Of a DNA stretch of 64,000 nucleotides, positions 53,698 to 63,471 are shown piece after piece. Origin of the DNA: an uncultured Alphaproteobacteria bacterium (lineage in GTDB: Bacteria > Pseudomonadota > Alphaproteobacteria > Rhizobiales > Xanthobacteraceae); the NCBI GenBank assembly GCA_963806075.1, contig CAWDWT010000023.1, forward strand, positions 2,763-66,762, given 5' to 3'. Made by a program: the position numbers and the translations under genes. Under the pieces are notes generated by a model that was not told the DNA's origin, ran no database searches, and saw nothing but the letters and a program-made list of their open reading frames with translations. The number at the start of each line of letters is the position of its first letter. Position 1 is the stretch's first letter.

Positions 53698-53771
53698 CTA
53701 GAGCCCTGTTATTTCCGAAGTTCGTATTTGGGCCCGCCGCAAGGTCCACGAACTTCGGAAATGGGCACTAG
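53698..53771. repeat. CTAG-bounded palindromic element overlapping the tkt stop
   Basis: CTAGAGCCC...ATTTCCGAAGTTCGT...ACGAACTTCGGAAATGGGCACTAG. Confidence 0.8.
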
Positions 53772-55750
53772 ACGCGTTTCAGTGCAGCGTTAACCGCCGC
53801 CTCGGCGGTAATTCCGAAATGCTTGAAAAGGTCTTTGGCCGGCGCACTGGCTCCGAAGCCGTGCATGCCGATGAATTCGCCGTCATGGCCGATGACGGCG
53901 TCCCAGCCCCAGCGCACCGCGGCCTCGATCGCGATCTTGACCGGGGCCTTCCCGATGATCGCCTGCTGGCGGTCCTCGGGCAGCGACAGCAGCAATTCGA
54001 GCGAGGGCACGGATACCACCCGTGACATGATGCCGCGCTCGGCAAGCTGCTTCTGGGCATCGACCGCGATCTGGACCTCGGAGCCGGAGGCAAACAACGA
54101 GACCTTGGCCTCGCCCTGGGCGGCGACCAGTTCATAGGCGCCGTGGCTGCAGGGACTGTCCGTGGGCGCCGAGGTGCGCAATTGCGGCAGGTTCTGCCGG
54201 GTCAGCACCAGCACCGTCGGGCCATCGGTGCGGTTGAGCGCAAGCTCCCAGCACTCCGCTACTTCGACCGCGTCGCAGGGCCGGAATACCCGCATGTTGG
54301 GGATTGCCCGCAGCGCCGCGAGGTGCTCGACCGGCTGGTGGGTCGGTCCGTCCTCGCCCAGACCGATCGAATCGTGGGTCATGATGTAGACCACGCCGGT
54401 GCCCATCAGCGCGGACAGCCGCATCGCGGGGCGGGCGTAGTCGGTGAACACCAGGAATGTAGCGCCGCTCGGCGCGAACCCGCCATGCAGGAAGATTCCG
54501 TTCATCGCGGCCGCCATACCGTGCTCGCGGATGCCGTAATGGATGAAGCGGCCCTTCGGGGTCTTGGCTTCGAAATCGGTGGCGGATTTTGCCTTGTTGT
54601 TGGTCGATCCCGTGAGATCGGCCGAGCCGGACAGGAATTCCATCGGCATCGCGATCGCCATCGCGTCGATCGCAAGCTCGGATGATTTGCGGGTCGCGAT
54701 ATTCTGCGGCGTCTCCAGCAGCGACTTCTTGTGCGCCTTGAGGGCTTTGGCCAGCGAGGCCGGCCGCTCATGCCGCATTCGGCGGTCGAACTCGTCGCGC
54801 TTGCGGTTGGATAGCGTCGACATCCGCGATTCCCATTCCTTGCGCGCAGCAGCACCGCGGCTGCCGACATCGCGCCAAGCGTTCAGCACGTCGTCGGGCA
54901 CCGAGAACGGCTCCAGAGAGATGCCGAGCTTTTCCTTGGCGCCCTTGAGTTCTTCGGCGCCGAGTGCTTCGCCATGGGCCTTTGCGGTGCCGGCCCTGGT
55001 CGGCGCGCCGTAGCCGATCGTGGTCTTGCACGCGATCATCGTCGGCTTGTTGGACTTCCGCGCTTTCGCGATTGCGGCCGCGATCGCTTTCTGGTCCTGG
55101 CCGTCGATCAGTTCGGAAGCCCAGCCGGCCGACTTGAAGCGTTTCACCTGGTCGACGTTGTCGGACAGTGTGGTCGGCCCGTCGATCGAGATGCCGTTGT
55201 CGTCATAGAGCACGATCAGCTTGTTGAGCTTCCAGTGCCCGGCAAGCCCGATCGCTTCCTGCGATATGCCTTCCATCAGGTCGCCGTCGGATACGAGCAC
55301 GTAAGTATAATGGTCGACGGCCTTCTTGCCGTATTCGGCGGCCAGCATCTTCTCCGCGACCGCCATGCCGACCGCGGTCGCGATGCCTTGGCCGAGCGGG
55401 CCCGTCGTGGTCTCGATACCCTTGGTGTGGAAGTTTTCCGGATGACCCGGCGTCAGCGATCCCAATTGGCGGAAATGCTTGATCTGGTCGAGCGTCATGT
55501 CGGAATTGCCGGTGAGATACAGCAGCGAATAAAGCAGCATCGAACCATGGCCGGCCGACAGCACGAAGCGGTCGCGGTCCGGCCAGTTCGGCTCGGCCGC
55601 ATCGAATTTCAGAAATTGCGTGAACAGCACGGTCGCGACGTCGGCGGCGCCCATCGGCAGGCCCGGGTGACCGGACTTGGCCTTCTCGACCGCATCCATC
55701 GAGAGCCCGCGGATCGCGTTGGCCATACGGGTGTGATCGACCTGCGTCAT
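53768..55750 (-). CDS. tkt: Transketolase
   Basis: MANAIRGLSMDAVEKAKSGHPG, RDRFVLSAGHGS, TTGPLGQG, GDLMEG, THDSIGLGEDGPTHQP. Confidence 0.97.
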   Translation of the reverse strand: MTQVDHTRMANAIRGLSMDAVEKAKSGHPGLPMGAADVATVLFTQFLKFDAAEPNWPDRDRFVLSAGHGSMLLYSLLYLTGNSDMTLDQIKHFRQLGSLTPGHPENFHTKGIETTTGPLGQGIATAVGMAVAEKMLAAEYGKKAVDHYTYVLVSDGDLMEGISQEAIGLAGHWKLNKLIVLYDDNGISIDGPTTLSDNVDQVKRFKSAGWASELIDGQDQKAIAAAIAKARKSNKPTMIACKTTIGYGAPTRAGTAKAHGEALGAEELKGAKEKLGISLEPFSVPDDVLNAWRDVGSRGAAARKEWESRMSTLSNRKRDEFDRRMRHERPASLAKALKAHKKSLLETPQNIATRKSSELAIDAMAIAMPMEFLSGSADLTGSTNNKAKSATDFEAKTPKGRFIHYGIREHGMAAAMNGIFLHGGFAPSGATFLVFTDYARPAMRLSALMGTGVVYIMTHDSIGLGEDGPTHQPVEHLAALRAIPNMRVFRPCDAVEVAECWELALNRTDGPTVLVLTRQNLPQLRTSAPTDSPCSHGAYELVAAQGEAKVSLFASGSEVQIAVDAQKQLAERGIMSRVVSVPSLELLLSLPEDRQQAIIGKAPVKIAIEAAVRWGWDAVIGHDGEFIGMHGFGASAPAKDLFKHFGITAEAAVNAALKRV

Positions 55751-56032
55751 GATGAAAATCCGCCTGAAATGAGATGCTTGGTTGCGATACGAGGGTGAGA
55801 ACCGAAGGGGGACCCCGGAGAGTCCGGCGCTGGATAGCATTTGTGTCCCCGGAGTCCAAGCAGTCCAAGGCGATGAAATGTCCGGAACGGCCGAAAAGTT
55901 GCTTTGCAGTGCATAGCTCAGCAGCGGCGTTGCGCTGGTCTCGCTTGCCACGTAAATTTCGCAGTCTAAACGCTTGCCGAGCCGCCGATTTCCTCGTTGT
56001 GCGGCCCGCCACGGAAGGTCCGCGTTGACGGT

Positions 56033-56371
56033 ATGAACGATCGCCCCGCCAATAGTTTCGGTCCCCCCGAGCCGACATCGGCCGACGTCGATGCCGCCAC
56101 CCGGCGGCTGATGGTGGCGCTCGACGCGCTGGAAAGCGCGGTGGAACGGCGCCGCGATGCCGACCGCGACGAGAACGAACTGGCAAGCCGGATCCAGGCG
56201 CTGGGGGCGGATCGCTCGCGGCTGGCCGACGAACTCGATGGGTCGCTGGTGAAATCGCGGCGGCTGGAACGCGCCAATCGCGAGATCGCGGAAAGGCTCG
56301 ACACGGCGATCGGCACGATCCGCGCGGTGCTCGATGAAGGTGCGGCGCTCGATGAGGGGGATGAAGAACTC
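56033..56371 (+). CDS. DUF4164 family coiled-coil protein (reads in frame into zapA)
   Basis: AATRRL..ALDALESAVERR...DRSRLADELD...LERANREIAERLD.AI.TIR.VL; usual position upstream of zapA. Confidence 0.8.
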
Positions 56372-56755
56372 ATGAGCCATGTCAATGTCACCATCAACGG
56401 CCGGCAATACCGCATGGCCTGCGAGGAGGGCCAGGAGAACCAGCTCATCGATCTGGCCCAAAGCTTCGAGACGCGGATCGAAGGCCTGCGGGGCAAGTTC
56501 GGCGAAATCGGCGATGCCCGTCTCACCGTGATGGCGGCGCTGACCGTGTGCGACGAACTGATCGATGCCACTGAGCGCGTCCGCAGCCTCGAGCAAGAAC
56601 TCGGTGCGTTGCGCGATGTCCGCGTTGTGGCGTCGGATCGGGCGCGCGCGACGCAGGCCGCGGTTGCCAAGGCGCTGAACGCCGCCGCCGAGCGCATCGA
56701 GAAGACCACGCAAATCCTGAACCGCACCATCGGCGGCGGCGTGGCGATCGGCTGA
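56372..56755 (+). CDS. zapA: Cell division protein ZapA
   Basis: MSHVNVTINGRQYRMACEEGQE, FGEIGDARLTVMAAL...DEL. Confidence 0.92.
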   Translation: MSHVNVTINGRQYRMACEEGQENQLIDLAQSFETRIEGLRGKFGEIGDARLTVMAALTVCDELIDATERVRSLEQELGALRDVRVVASDRARATQAAVAKALNAAAERIEKTTQILNRTIGGGVAIG

Positions 56756-56814
56756 CAGCAAAGGCGGCTGTTCGATCACCCTTCCGGAAATACGCTGTAG
56801 CAAAATTATTCATC

Positions 56815-56950
56815 GTCAGGTCGAAATCGCTCGCGCTCCTGAGATTGATGGCGAACTCATACTTCGTCGGGGCTTGCACCGGCAGATCGCCCGACCTGGC
56901 GCCGCGAAGAATGCGATCGACGTAACCCGTGGCGCCGCGCCTCATTGCGA
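56815..56950 (-). pseudogene. Fragment of an ABC substrate-binding protein (ABC_sub_bind type) C-terminus
   Basis: RGATGYVDRILRGARSGDLPVQAPTKYEFAINLRSA; the rest of the gene is absent. Confidence 0.75.
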
Positions 56951-57147
56951 CCGCGACCGGTCCGCAATCGGACAGTATCGCGCCGCCAGGGACGTTCACA
57001 GTTCGCCCGGGCTCAAAGTCAGGTGCGGGAAAAACCGCCTTTCCGAAACAAATGCCGTTTGTACAGCTTATCGCTGAGCGTCATAGTCAAACAAACCGGG
57101 TCTGGGTTTCTCGACAGGCCTTAAAATAACAAAGCGGGAGGTGTGCC

Positions 57148-58473
57148 ATGGAAGACGTGGAGAAGCGTGTCATCGGCAAGGTGATGTGGCGGCTTATTCC
57201 GTTCCTGATCGTCTGCTATTTCGTCGCCTATCTCGATCGCGTCAATGTCGGCTTCGCCAAGCTGCATATGAACCAGGCGCTTGGTTTGAGCGAGGCAGCC
57301 TTCGGGCTGGGCGCGGGCCTGTTCTTCATCGGCTATTTCCTGTTTGAGGTACCGTCCAACATCTTTCTGGAAAAGGTCGGCGCGCGCGTCTGGATCGCCC
57401 GCATCATGATCACCTGGGGGATCGTCTCGGCGGCCTTCGCCTTTATCCCATGGATATCGGCCAGGACCGGAGCGCCGACTGAGGGCGTGTTCTACTTTCT
57501 GCGCCTGCTATTAGGTGCCTGCGAGGCGGGTTTCTTTCCGGGCATCATCTTTTATCTAACCCTCTGGTTCCCGGCGGTCTACCGCGCCCGGGTCATCAGC
57601 CTGTTCATGCTGGCCATCCCGATTTCATCGATCATCGGATCGCCGATCTCCGGCTTGCTGCTCGGGCTGACGGGTTGGGGGCTGGAGGGCTGGCAATGGC
57701 TCTTCATCATGGAGGCGTTGCCGTCGGTTCTGGTCGGCATCGGCGTCCTGATCTATCTGACGGATTTCCCCCGCCAGGCGCGCTGGTTGCAACAAAACGA
57801 GATCGCGTGGCTCGAGCGCGTACAGGCCACCGAGAAGAAAAACAAGGAGAAGGTCGAGCAGCTATCCCTGAGGCAGGCGCTGACGGATCCGCGCATTCTG
57901 CTGTGCGCGCTGGTGTATTTCTGTCTCAATGCCGCAAGTTATGGCGTGGCCTTCTTTCTGCCGACCATCATCAAGAACTTCGGCGTCAGCGACAGCCAAA
58001 CCGGATTGCTCGCCGCGCTGCCCTTTGTGTTCGGCGCCATCGGCATGGTGCTGCTCGGCCGCCATTCCGACCGGACTATGGAACGAAAAGGCCACGTCGC
58101 CGTGGCGTTGCTGATGGCGACGTTGGGAATCGGATTGTCCGGCCTCGTTTCCAATCCGGTCATCGTGATGGCGCTGCTTTGCTTTGCACAAATCGGCGTC
58201 TCCGCGGTGCCGCCGATGTTCTGGCCGCTGCCGGCGAGCTTCCTGACGGGCGCATCGGCTGCCGCCGGGCTCGCCGCGATCAATTCGCTTGGAAACCTTT
58301 CCGGTTTCGCCGGCCCTTACGCGATGGGTTATCTGAAGGACCTGACCGGCAACTTTACGGCGGGCCTTCTGTTGCTGGCGGGTTGCTCCTTGCTGGGCGC
58401 AATCGTCGTCGTGCTGCTTCGGATTGATGTCAGGCGTGAGCAGATGTCGGGCGAGGCCGCGATGGCGCACTAG
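57148..58473 (+). CDS. MFS transporter, anion:cation symporter family (tartrate/aromatic acid type)
   Basis: RLIPFL...YLDRVNVGFA, FEVPSN, ARIMITWG, EAGFFPG, GWQWLF..EALP, INSLGNLSGF.GP. Confidence 0.93.
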   Translation: MEDVEKRVIGKVMWRLIPFLIVCYFVAYLDRVNVGFAKLHMNQALGLSEAAFGLGAGLFFIGYFLFEVPSNIFLEKVGARVWIARIMITWGIVSAAFAFIPWISARTGAPTEGVFYFLRLLLGACEAGFFPGIIFYLTLWFPAVYRARVISLFMLAIPISSIIGSPISGLLLGLTGWGLEGWQWLFIMEALPSVLVGIGVLIYLTDFPRQARWLQQNEIAWLERVQATEKKNKEKVEQLSLRQALTDPRILLCALVYFCLNAASYGVAFFLPTIIKNFGVSDSQTGLLAALPFVFGAIGMVLLGRHSDRTMERKGHVAVALLMATLGIGLSGLVSNPVIVMALLCFAQIGVSAVPPMFWPLPASFLTGASAAAGLAAINSLGNLSGFAGPYAMGYLKDLTGNFTAGLLLLAGCSLLGAIVVVLLRIDVRREQMSGEAAMAH

Positions 58474-58574
58474 GGTTGATGAGGGGGCGGCAGCCATTTT
58501 TCTTGACCCTCCCCTTGAGAGGGAGGTCGCGTTAACGCTGGCGGTTTGGCCCGATGATGGTTACATTGGTCCTC

Positions 58575-58733
58575 GCGAGGCTGCGTCGCGCGTCAGGAGC
58601 CATATATCCCCGGGGCCTTATCGATCCTTTAGGGAACTGTCCCTGGCCGGGTCCGTGGATCCGGACATATGGTGCCCACCTACTTTCGTAGGTGCTCCGG
58701 GATCGAGTGCTTCAACGGCCATCGCGGCTTCGC
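58575..58733 (+). ncRNA. ssrS: 6S RNA
   Basis: Long rod closed by GCGAGGCTGCG...CGCGGCTTCGC with internal ATCCCCGGGGCCTTA and GTCCCTG...GGTGCCCACC motifs; upstream of ygfA; TACATT -10-like element at 58562. Confidence 0.9.
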
Positions 58734-58785
58734 ACTTTTATTTTTTGCGCCGGCAGGTTTGTTGCCGTCAGTCCATTTCAACACA

Positions 58786-58889
58786 GCCGTCATACCCCGC
58801 GAATGCGGGGTATCCAGTACCCCGCAGCCTCGCGGTTAGACGACGAGCGCTCTGGAATACTGGATCATCCGCTTTCGCGGATGATGACG
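58786..58889. repeat. Family A palindrome between ssrS and ygfA
   Basis: GCCGTCATACCCCGCGAATGCGGGGTATCCAGTA...TACTGGATCATCCGCTTTCGCGGATGATGACG. Confidence 0.85.
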
Positions 58890-58907
58890 CCAAATCTGAC
58901 GTCCCGC

Positions 58908-59483
58908 ATGTCCGCAACGTCGAAAGCAGAACTTCGCGCCACTGCCCTCGAACGGCGCGACGCGTTGAGCGACGATGCGCGCGTTGCCGCTGCCTTTGCG
59001 GTCGCCGAACGTGGGCTGCCGTTCGAGATCAAGCCGGGCACCATCGTCTCGGGCTATGCGCCGATCCGCAGCGAAATCGACCCCGCACCGCTGATGCGGA
59101 AGATCGCTGCCCAGGGCGGGCGGCTGGCGCTGCCGGCTGTGATGGCGCGCGGCCAGTCGCTGAGATTCCGCGCCTGGTCGCCCGACGATCGAATGGTGCT
59201 CGGGCCGCTCGGCATCCTCGAGCCGTCACCCGCCGCCGCGGAGGTCACGCCCGAAATCATGCTGGTGCCGCTGGCGGCGTTCGATCGTCTTGGCCACCGT
59301 ATCGGTTATGGCGCCGGCCATTACGACTACACTTTCGCGCATTTGCGGAAAACCAAAGCCGTCAAGGGGATCGGGCTCGCATTCGCCGCGCAGCAAATCA
59401 AGGCCGTACCGGCCTTGGCGCACGACGTAGCACTGGATTATGTGCTAACGGAAACCAGGACATTCGATTTCCGGAGTTCGTGA
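58908..59483 (+). CDS. ygfA: 5-formyltetrahydrofolate cyclo-ligase
   Basis: KAELR, SEIDP, GILEP, LVPLAAFDRLGHRIGYGAGHYD, HDVALD..LTE. Confidence 0.93.
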   Translation: MSATSKAELRATALERRDALSDDARVAAAFAVAERGLPFEIKPGTIVSGYAPIRSEIDPAPLMRKIAAQGGRLALPAVMARGQSLRFRAWSPDDRMVLGPLGILEPSPAAAEVTPEIMLVPLAAFDRLGHRIGYGAGHYDYTFAHLRKTKAVKGIGLAFAAQQIKAVPALAHDVALDYVLTETRTFDFRSS

Positions 59484-59484
59484 C

Positions 59485-60309
59485 TTGCGTATTCTTTTTG
59501 TCGGCGACGTGGTCGGAAAAGCCGGGCGCACCGCCGTATCGGAACTGTTGCCGGGCATGATCCGGGACTGGGCGCTCGATCTCGTCGTCGTCAATGGCGA
59601 GAACTCGGCCGGCGGCTTTGGCATCACGGAGGCGATCTACCAGGAATTTCTCGATGTCGGCGCAGATGCGATCACGCTCGGCAACCATGCCTGGGACCAG
59701 CGCGAGGCGCTGGTGTTCATCGAACGCGCGCCGAAACTGATCCGTCCGGCCAATTTTCCCAAGGGCACGCCGGGCCGCGGCGCGGCGCTGATCGATACCA
59801 AAACCGGAAAACGTGCGCTCGTGGTCAACGCCATCGGCCGCGTTTTCATGACGCCGTTCGACGATCCGTTCGCAGCCATCGGCCGCGAACTGGAATCCTG
59901 CCCGCTGCATGAGGCGGCCGATGCGATCGTGGTGGATTTCCACGGCGAGGCGTCCAGCGAAAAGCAGGGCATCGGCTTCTTCTGCGACGGCCGTGCCAGC
60001 CTTGTCGTCGGCACCCATACCCATGTGCCGACCGCCGATCATCAGATCCTGGCCGGCGGCACCGCCTATATGACCGACGCCGGCATGACCGGCGATTATG
60101 ATTCGATCATCGGCATGCAGAAGGAAGAGCCGCTGCGGCGCTTCACCTCGGGCATTCCGTCGGGGCGATTCGAGCCCGCCAACGGCACGGCGACACTGAG
60201 CGGCATCGCGGTCGAGACCGATGATTCAACCGGGCTCGCGCTCAAGGTCGCGCCGGTTCGCGCCGGCGGCCGGCTGGAGCCGGCGCTGCCCGGCTTCTGG
60301 GTGAGTTAG
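59485..60309 (+). CDS. ymdB: YmdB/TIGR00282 metallophosphoesterase
   Basis: LFVGDVVG, NGENSAGGFG, TLGNH, DFHGEASSEK, GTHTHVPTAD, TDAGMTG. Confidence 0.93.
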   Translation: MRILFVGDVVGKAGRTAVSELLPGMIRDWALDLVVVNGENSAGGFGITEAIYQEFLDVGADAITLGNHAWDQREALVFIERAPKLIRPANFPKGTPGRGAALIDTKTGKRALVVNAIGRVFMTPFDDPFAAIGRELESCPLHEAADAIVVDFHGEASSEKQGIGFFCDGRASLVVGTHTHVPTADHQILAGGTAYMTDAGMTGDYDSIIGMQKEEPLRRFTSGIPSGRFEPANGTATLSGIAVETDDSTGLALKVAPVRAGGRLEPALPGFWVS

Positions 60310-60361
60310 CCCGTAAATCCGAAAGGCGGCCGAACGGCGATGCCGTTCGCTGTGTGAACGC

Positions 60362-61027
60362 TCAGTCCCGGTGCGCCATCTCGAGCGTGACCAGCCGCGC
60401 CAGCAGCGTGGCCGGATAGAGCTGGCCGATGATGGCCTCCACGTTGCACAGGCTGCGCGCGATCGGGTGCACCGGAAAGACGTCGCCATAGCCCGTCGTG
60501 GTCAGCGTGACAAAACTGAAATAGATCAGGTTGCTGGCGAGCGCGGGCGTATCCTGCATCGGTAATCCCGAAAATGCATTCGGCAGCATCGATCCGACAA
60601 AGGCGAAGATCGGCACGAACGTGACGGCGATGGTCAGATAGAGCAGCACCGCGCCCATGATGCGGTGATAGGTGATCCGTCCCGGCGCAAACACCGCGCC
60701 CGACACCACGCAGCCCATCGTGACGCCCATCACCAGCCAGGCGCCCGCGAACAGATTGATGTCGAGGCCCGATGGCGAGCGGATGCGGAAGACCGCTCCG
60801 ATCGTCGCCATGGCCAGCGAGACCAGCATCGCGAACACGGCGGTGCGGCTTCCCGACATGACAAAGGCGCCGGCCACCAGCACGAGGGCGAACACCAGTT
60901 CGAAGGCCTGGAAGAAGATGATCCCGGAAGCCTGCAGCGGAGCGGCCACGAACAGCATGATGACCAGCAGCGCCGTCAGCGCCGTCAGCAGCGGATCGCT
61001 CCATTGTTTCCGCAAACGATCGTTCAT
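60362..61027 (-). CDS. Potassium-channel-family (Ion_trans_2) protein
   Basis: Several TMs, then YFSFVTLTTTGYGD..P..P.AR...EA..GQLY. Confidence 0.88.
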   Translation of the reverse strand: MNDRLRKQWSDPLLTALTALLVIMLFVAAPLQASGIIFFQAFELVFALVLVAGAFVMSGSRTAVFAMLVSLAMATIGAVFRIRSPSGLDINLFAGAWLVMGVTMGCVVSGAVFAPGRITYHRIMGAVLLYLTIAVTFVPIFAFVGSMLPNAFSGLPMQDTPALASNLIYFSFVTLTTTGYGDVFPVHPIARSLCNVEAIIGQLYPATLLARLVTLEMAHRD

Positions 61028-61266
61028 GGATGTGTTGCCATTGAATCCTGCCGTTCAGGACGGACGGACACCCATACGAATGCATTTCGGCGTGAAGTCA
61101 CGGTTAACGATTGCCTCTTTCTGTCGGCATCGACTACCCAAGTACCACTGATCGAGCCCCGCGACTTTGCTTTCAGGTTTTTGATTTTGCCGATATCGCG
61201 GCCTATAACGCCGCGCTTCCTCCGCAGCGCCGGACGAACCTTAAGAATTCCCTAACGAGAGACCGC

Positions 61267-62013
61267 ATGGCCGGACATTCCCAGTTCAAGAACATCATGC
61301 ACCGCAAGGGGCGGCAGGACGCCCAGAAGTCGAAGCTGTTCGGCAAGCTGGCGCGCGAAATCACGGTGGCGGCTAAGCTCGGCCAGCCCGACCCCGCGAT
61401 GAACGCGCGGCTGCGCGCGGCGATCATCTCGGCGCGGCAGGAGAACATGTCGAAGGATTCGATCGAGCGCGCGATCAAGAAGGCCGCCGGCAACGACGGC
61501 GAGAACTACGACGAGATCCGCTACGAAGGCTATGGCCCGGGCGGCGTTGCCGTGATCGTCGAGGCGCTGACCGACAACCGCAACCGCGCCGCCTCCGACA
61601 TCCGTTCCTACTTCACCAAATCCGGCGGCAATCTCGGCGAAACCGGCTCGGTCGCCTTCATGTTCGACCGCACCGGCATCATCGAATACGACGCCAAGGT
61701 CGCCTCCGACGACGCCATGCTCGACGCCGCGATCGAGGCCGGCGCGGACGACGTCATCTCCGGCGAGATCGGCCACGAGATCTACGCCTCGCAGGAAACC
61801 TTTCGCGAAGTCGCCAAGGCGCTGGAAGCCAAATTCGGCGAGGCCCGCAAGGCGGCGCTCACCTGGAAGCCGCAAAACACCATCGCGGTCGACGACGAGA
61901 CCGGCGAGAAACTGTTGAAGCTGATCGATCTGCTCAACGAGCACGACGACGTGCAGAACGTCTACGCCAATTTCGAGGTGTCGGACGCGCTCGTCGCCAA
62001 GATGGGCGGGTAA
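61267..62013 (+). CDS. yebC: YebC/PmpR family protein
   Basis: [39 protein letters not shown]. Confidence 0.96.
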   Translation: MAGHSQFKNIMHRKGRQDAQKSKLFGKLAREITVAAKLGQPDPAMNARLRAAIISARQENMSKDSIERAIKKAAGNDGENYDEIRYEGYGPGGVAVIVEALTDNRNRAASDIRSYFTKSGGNLGETGSVAFMFDRTGIIEYDAKVASDDAMLDAAIEAGADDVISGEIGHEIYASQETFREVAKALEAKFGEARKAALTWKPQNTIAVDDETGEKLLKLIDLLNEHDDVQNVYANFEVSDALVAKMGG

Positions 62014-62038
62014 GCGTTTTTCAGCAGGGATGGCGCCT

Positions 62039-62053
62039 GTTTTTGTTTCGTTC
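62039..62053. promoter_or_regulatory. Putative LexA box of ruvCAB
   Basis: GTTT-TTGTTTC-GTTC, one mismatch to GTTC-N7-GTTC, 27 bp before the ruvC ATG. Confidence 0.55.
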
Positions 62054-62080
62054 TCGCGGGTCCGACGCTATCACTGGCCC

Positions 62081-62608
62081 ATGACACCGCCGCCAATTCG
62101 CAAGCCCGTCCGTATCCTCGGCATCGATCCCGGCCTGCGCCGCACCGGCTGGGGCGTGATCGAGATCGACGGCAACCGCCTGGGCTTTGTCGGCTGCGGC
62201 TCGGTGGAACCGCCGGACGGCCTACCCTTGGCGAGCCGCCTGCTGGCGATCCATCAGGGACTTTCCGCGGTGCTGGCCGACTTCCGCCCCGAGGAGGCCG
62301 CGGTCGAGCAGACCTTTGTCAACAAGGACGGCGTGGCGACCTTGAAGCTCGGGCAGGCGAGGGGGGTCGCGATGCTGGCGCCGGCGATGTTCGGCATCAT
62401 GGTCGCCGAATACGCCCCGAACCAGGTCAAGAAAACCGTGGTCGGCGCCGGCCACGCCGACAAGAACCAGATCGCGATGATGCTGAAGATCCTGCTGCCG
62501 AAGGCCGAACCCAAATCTCCCGACGCCGCCGACGCGCTCGCCATCGCCATCACCCACGCCCATCACCGCACCAGCGCGGCGCTGAAGCTGAAGGTGGTGG
62601 GGGCATGA
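62081..62608 (+). CDS. ruvC: Holliday junction resolvase RuvC
   Basis: RILGIDPG...[34 protein letters not shown]. Confidence 0.96.
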   Translation: MTPPPIRKPVRILGIDPGLRRTGWGVIEIDGNRLGFVGCGSVEPPDGLPLASRLLAIHQGLSAVLADFRPEEAAVEQTFVNKDGVATLKLGQARGVAMLAPAMFGIMVAEYAPNQVKKTVVGAGHADKNQIAMMLKILLPKAEPKSPDAADALAIAITHAHHRTSAALKLKVVGA

Positions 62609-62637
62609 GCGAAGTTTGTGCAGTCATCAGCGAGATT

Positions 62638-62818
62638 TGTGCTCGCGGCACCCCCACCCCCAGCCCCTCCCCGCAAGGGGGAGGGGAGTTTAGGAATCTG
62701 CATCACTCGTTTCTGATGCGCCGTTTGCTTTTCATGCGCCGATCGCTTCAAAACGCGCCGCTTACTTCCCCCCTCCCCCTTGCGGGGAGGGGTCGGGGGT
62801 GGGGGTACCGCGAGCACA
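62638..62818. repeat. Large inverted repeat (family B pair) between ruvC and ruvA
   Basis: TGTGCTCGCGG.ACCCCCACCCCC..CCCCTCCCCGCAAGGGGGAGGGG and its inverted copy ending CCGCGAGCACA. Confidence 0.85.
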
Positions 62819-62846
62819 GCGCCGATGTCTCTTCGAGGACTCCCGC

Positions 62847-63464
62847 ATGATCGGCAAGCTCAAGGGCCTGATCGACAGTTACGGCGAGGACTACGTCATC
62901 CTCGATGTCGGCGGCGTCGGCTATCAGGTGCATTGCTCGTCACGGACGCTGCAGGCGCTGCCGTCGCCGGGCGAGGCGGCGGTGCTGTCGATCGAAACCT
63001 ATGTGCGCGAGGACCAGATCAAGCTGTTCGGCTTCAAGGGCGATGTCGAACGCGAATGGTTTCGTCTGCTGCAGACCGTGCAGGGTGTCGGCGCCAAGGT
63101 CGCGCTTGCGGTACTCTCGACTTTGCCGCCGGCGGAGCTGGCGAATGCGATCGCGCTGCGCGACAAGGCCGCGGTGACGCGCACGCCGGGCGTCGGCCCC
63201 AAGGTGGCGGAGCGCATCGTCACCGAGTTAAAGGACAAGGCGCCCGCCTTCACCAATGTCGATCCGGCGGTGGTTCATCTCGCCGGCGCGATCGACGATG
63301 CGCGCGCGCCGCGTCCGGTGGCAGACGCGATCTCGGCGCTGGTCAATCTCGGCTATGGCCAGCCGCAGGCGGCCGCCGCGATCGCGCAGGCCTCGCGCAG
63401 CGCTGGCGAGAATGCCGAGACCGCGCAGTTGATCCGGCTCGGGTTGAAGGAACTGGCGAAGTGA
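62847..63464 (+). CDS. ruvA: Holliday junction DNA helicase subunit RuvA
   Basis: [57 protein letters not shown]. Confidence 0.96.
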   Translation: MIGKLKGLIDSYGEDYVILDVGGVGYQVHCSSRTLQALPSPGEAAVLSIETYVREDQIKLFGFKGDVEREWFRLLQTVQGVGAKVALAVLSTLPPAELANAIALRDKAAVTRTPGVGPKVAERIVTELKDKAPAFTNVDPAVVHLAGAIDDARAPRPVADAISALVNLGYGQPQAAAAIAQASRSAGENAETAQLIRLGLKELAK

Positions 63465-63471
63465 GTGTCGC

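Noticed and set aside
55751-56803. 350-aa N-terminal extension of transketolase
   Set aside because: It is the antisense shadow of DUF4164/zapA; homology starts at ATG 55750.
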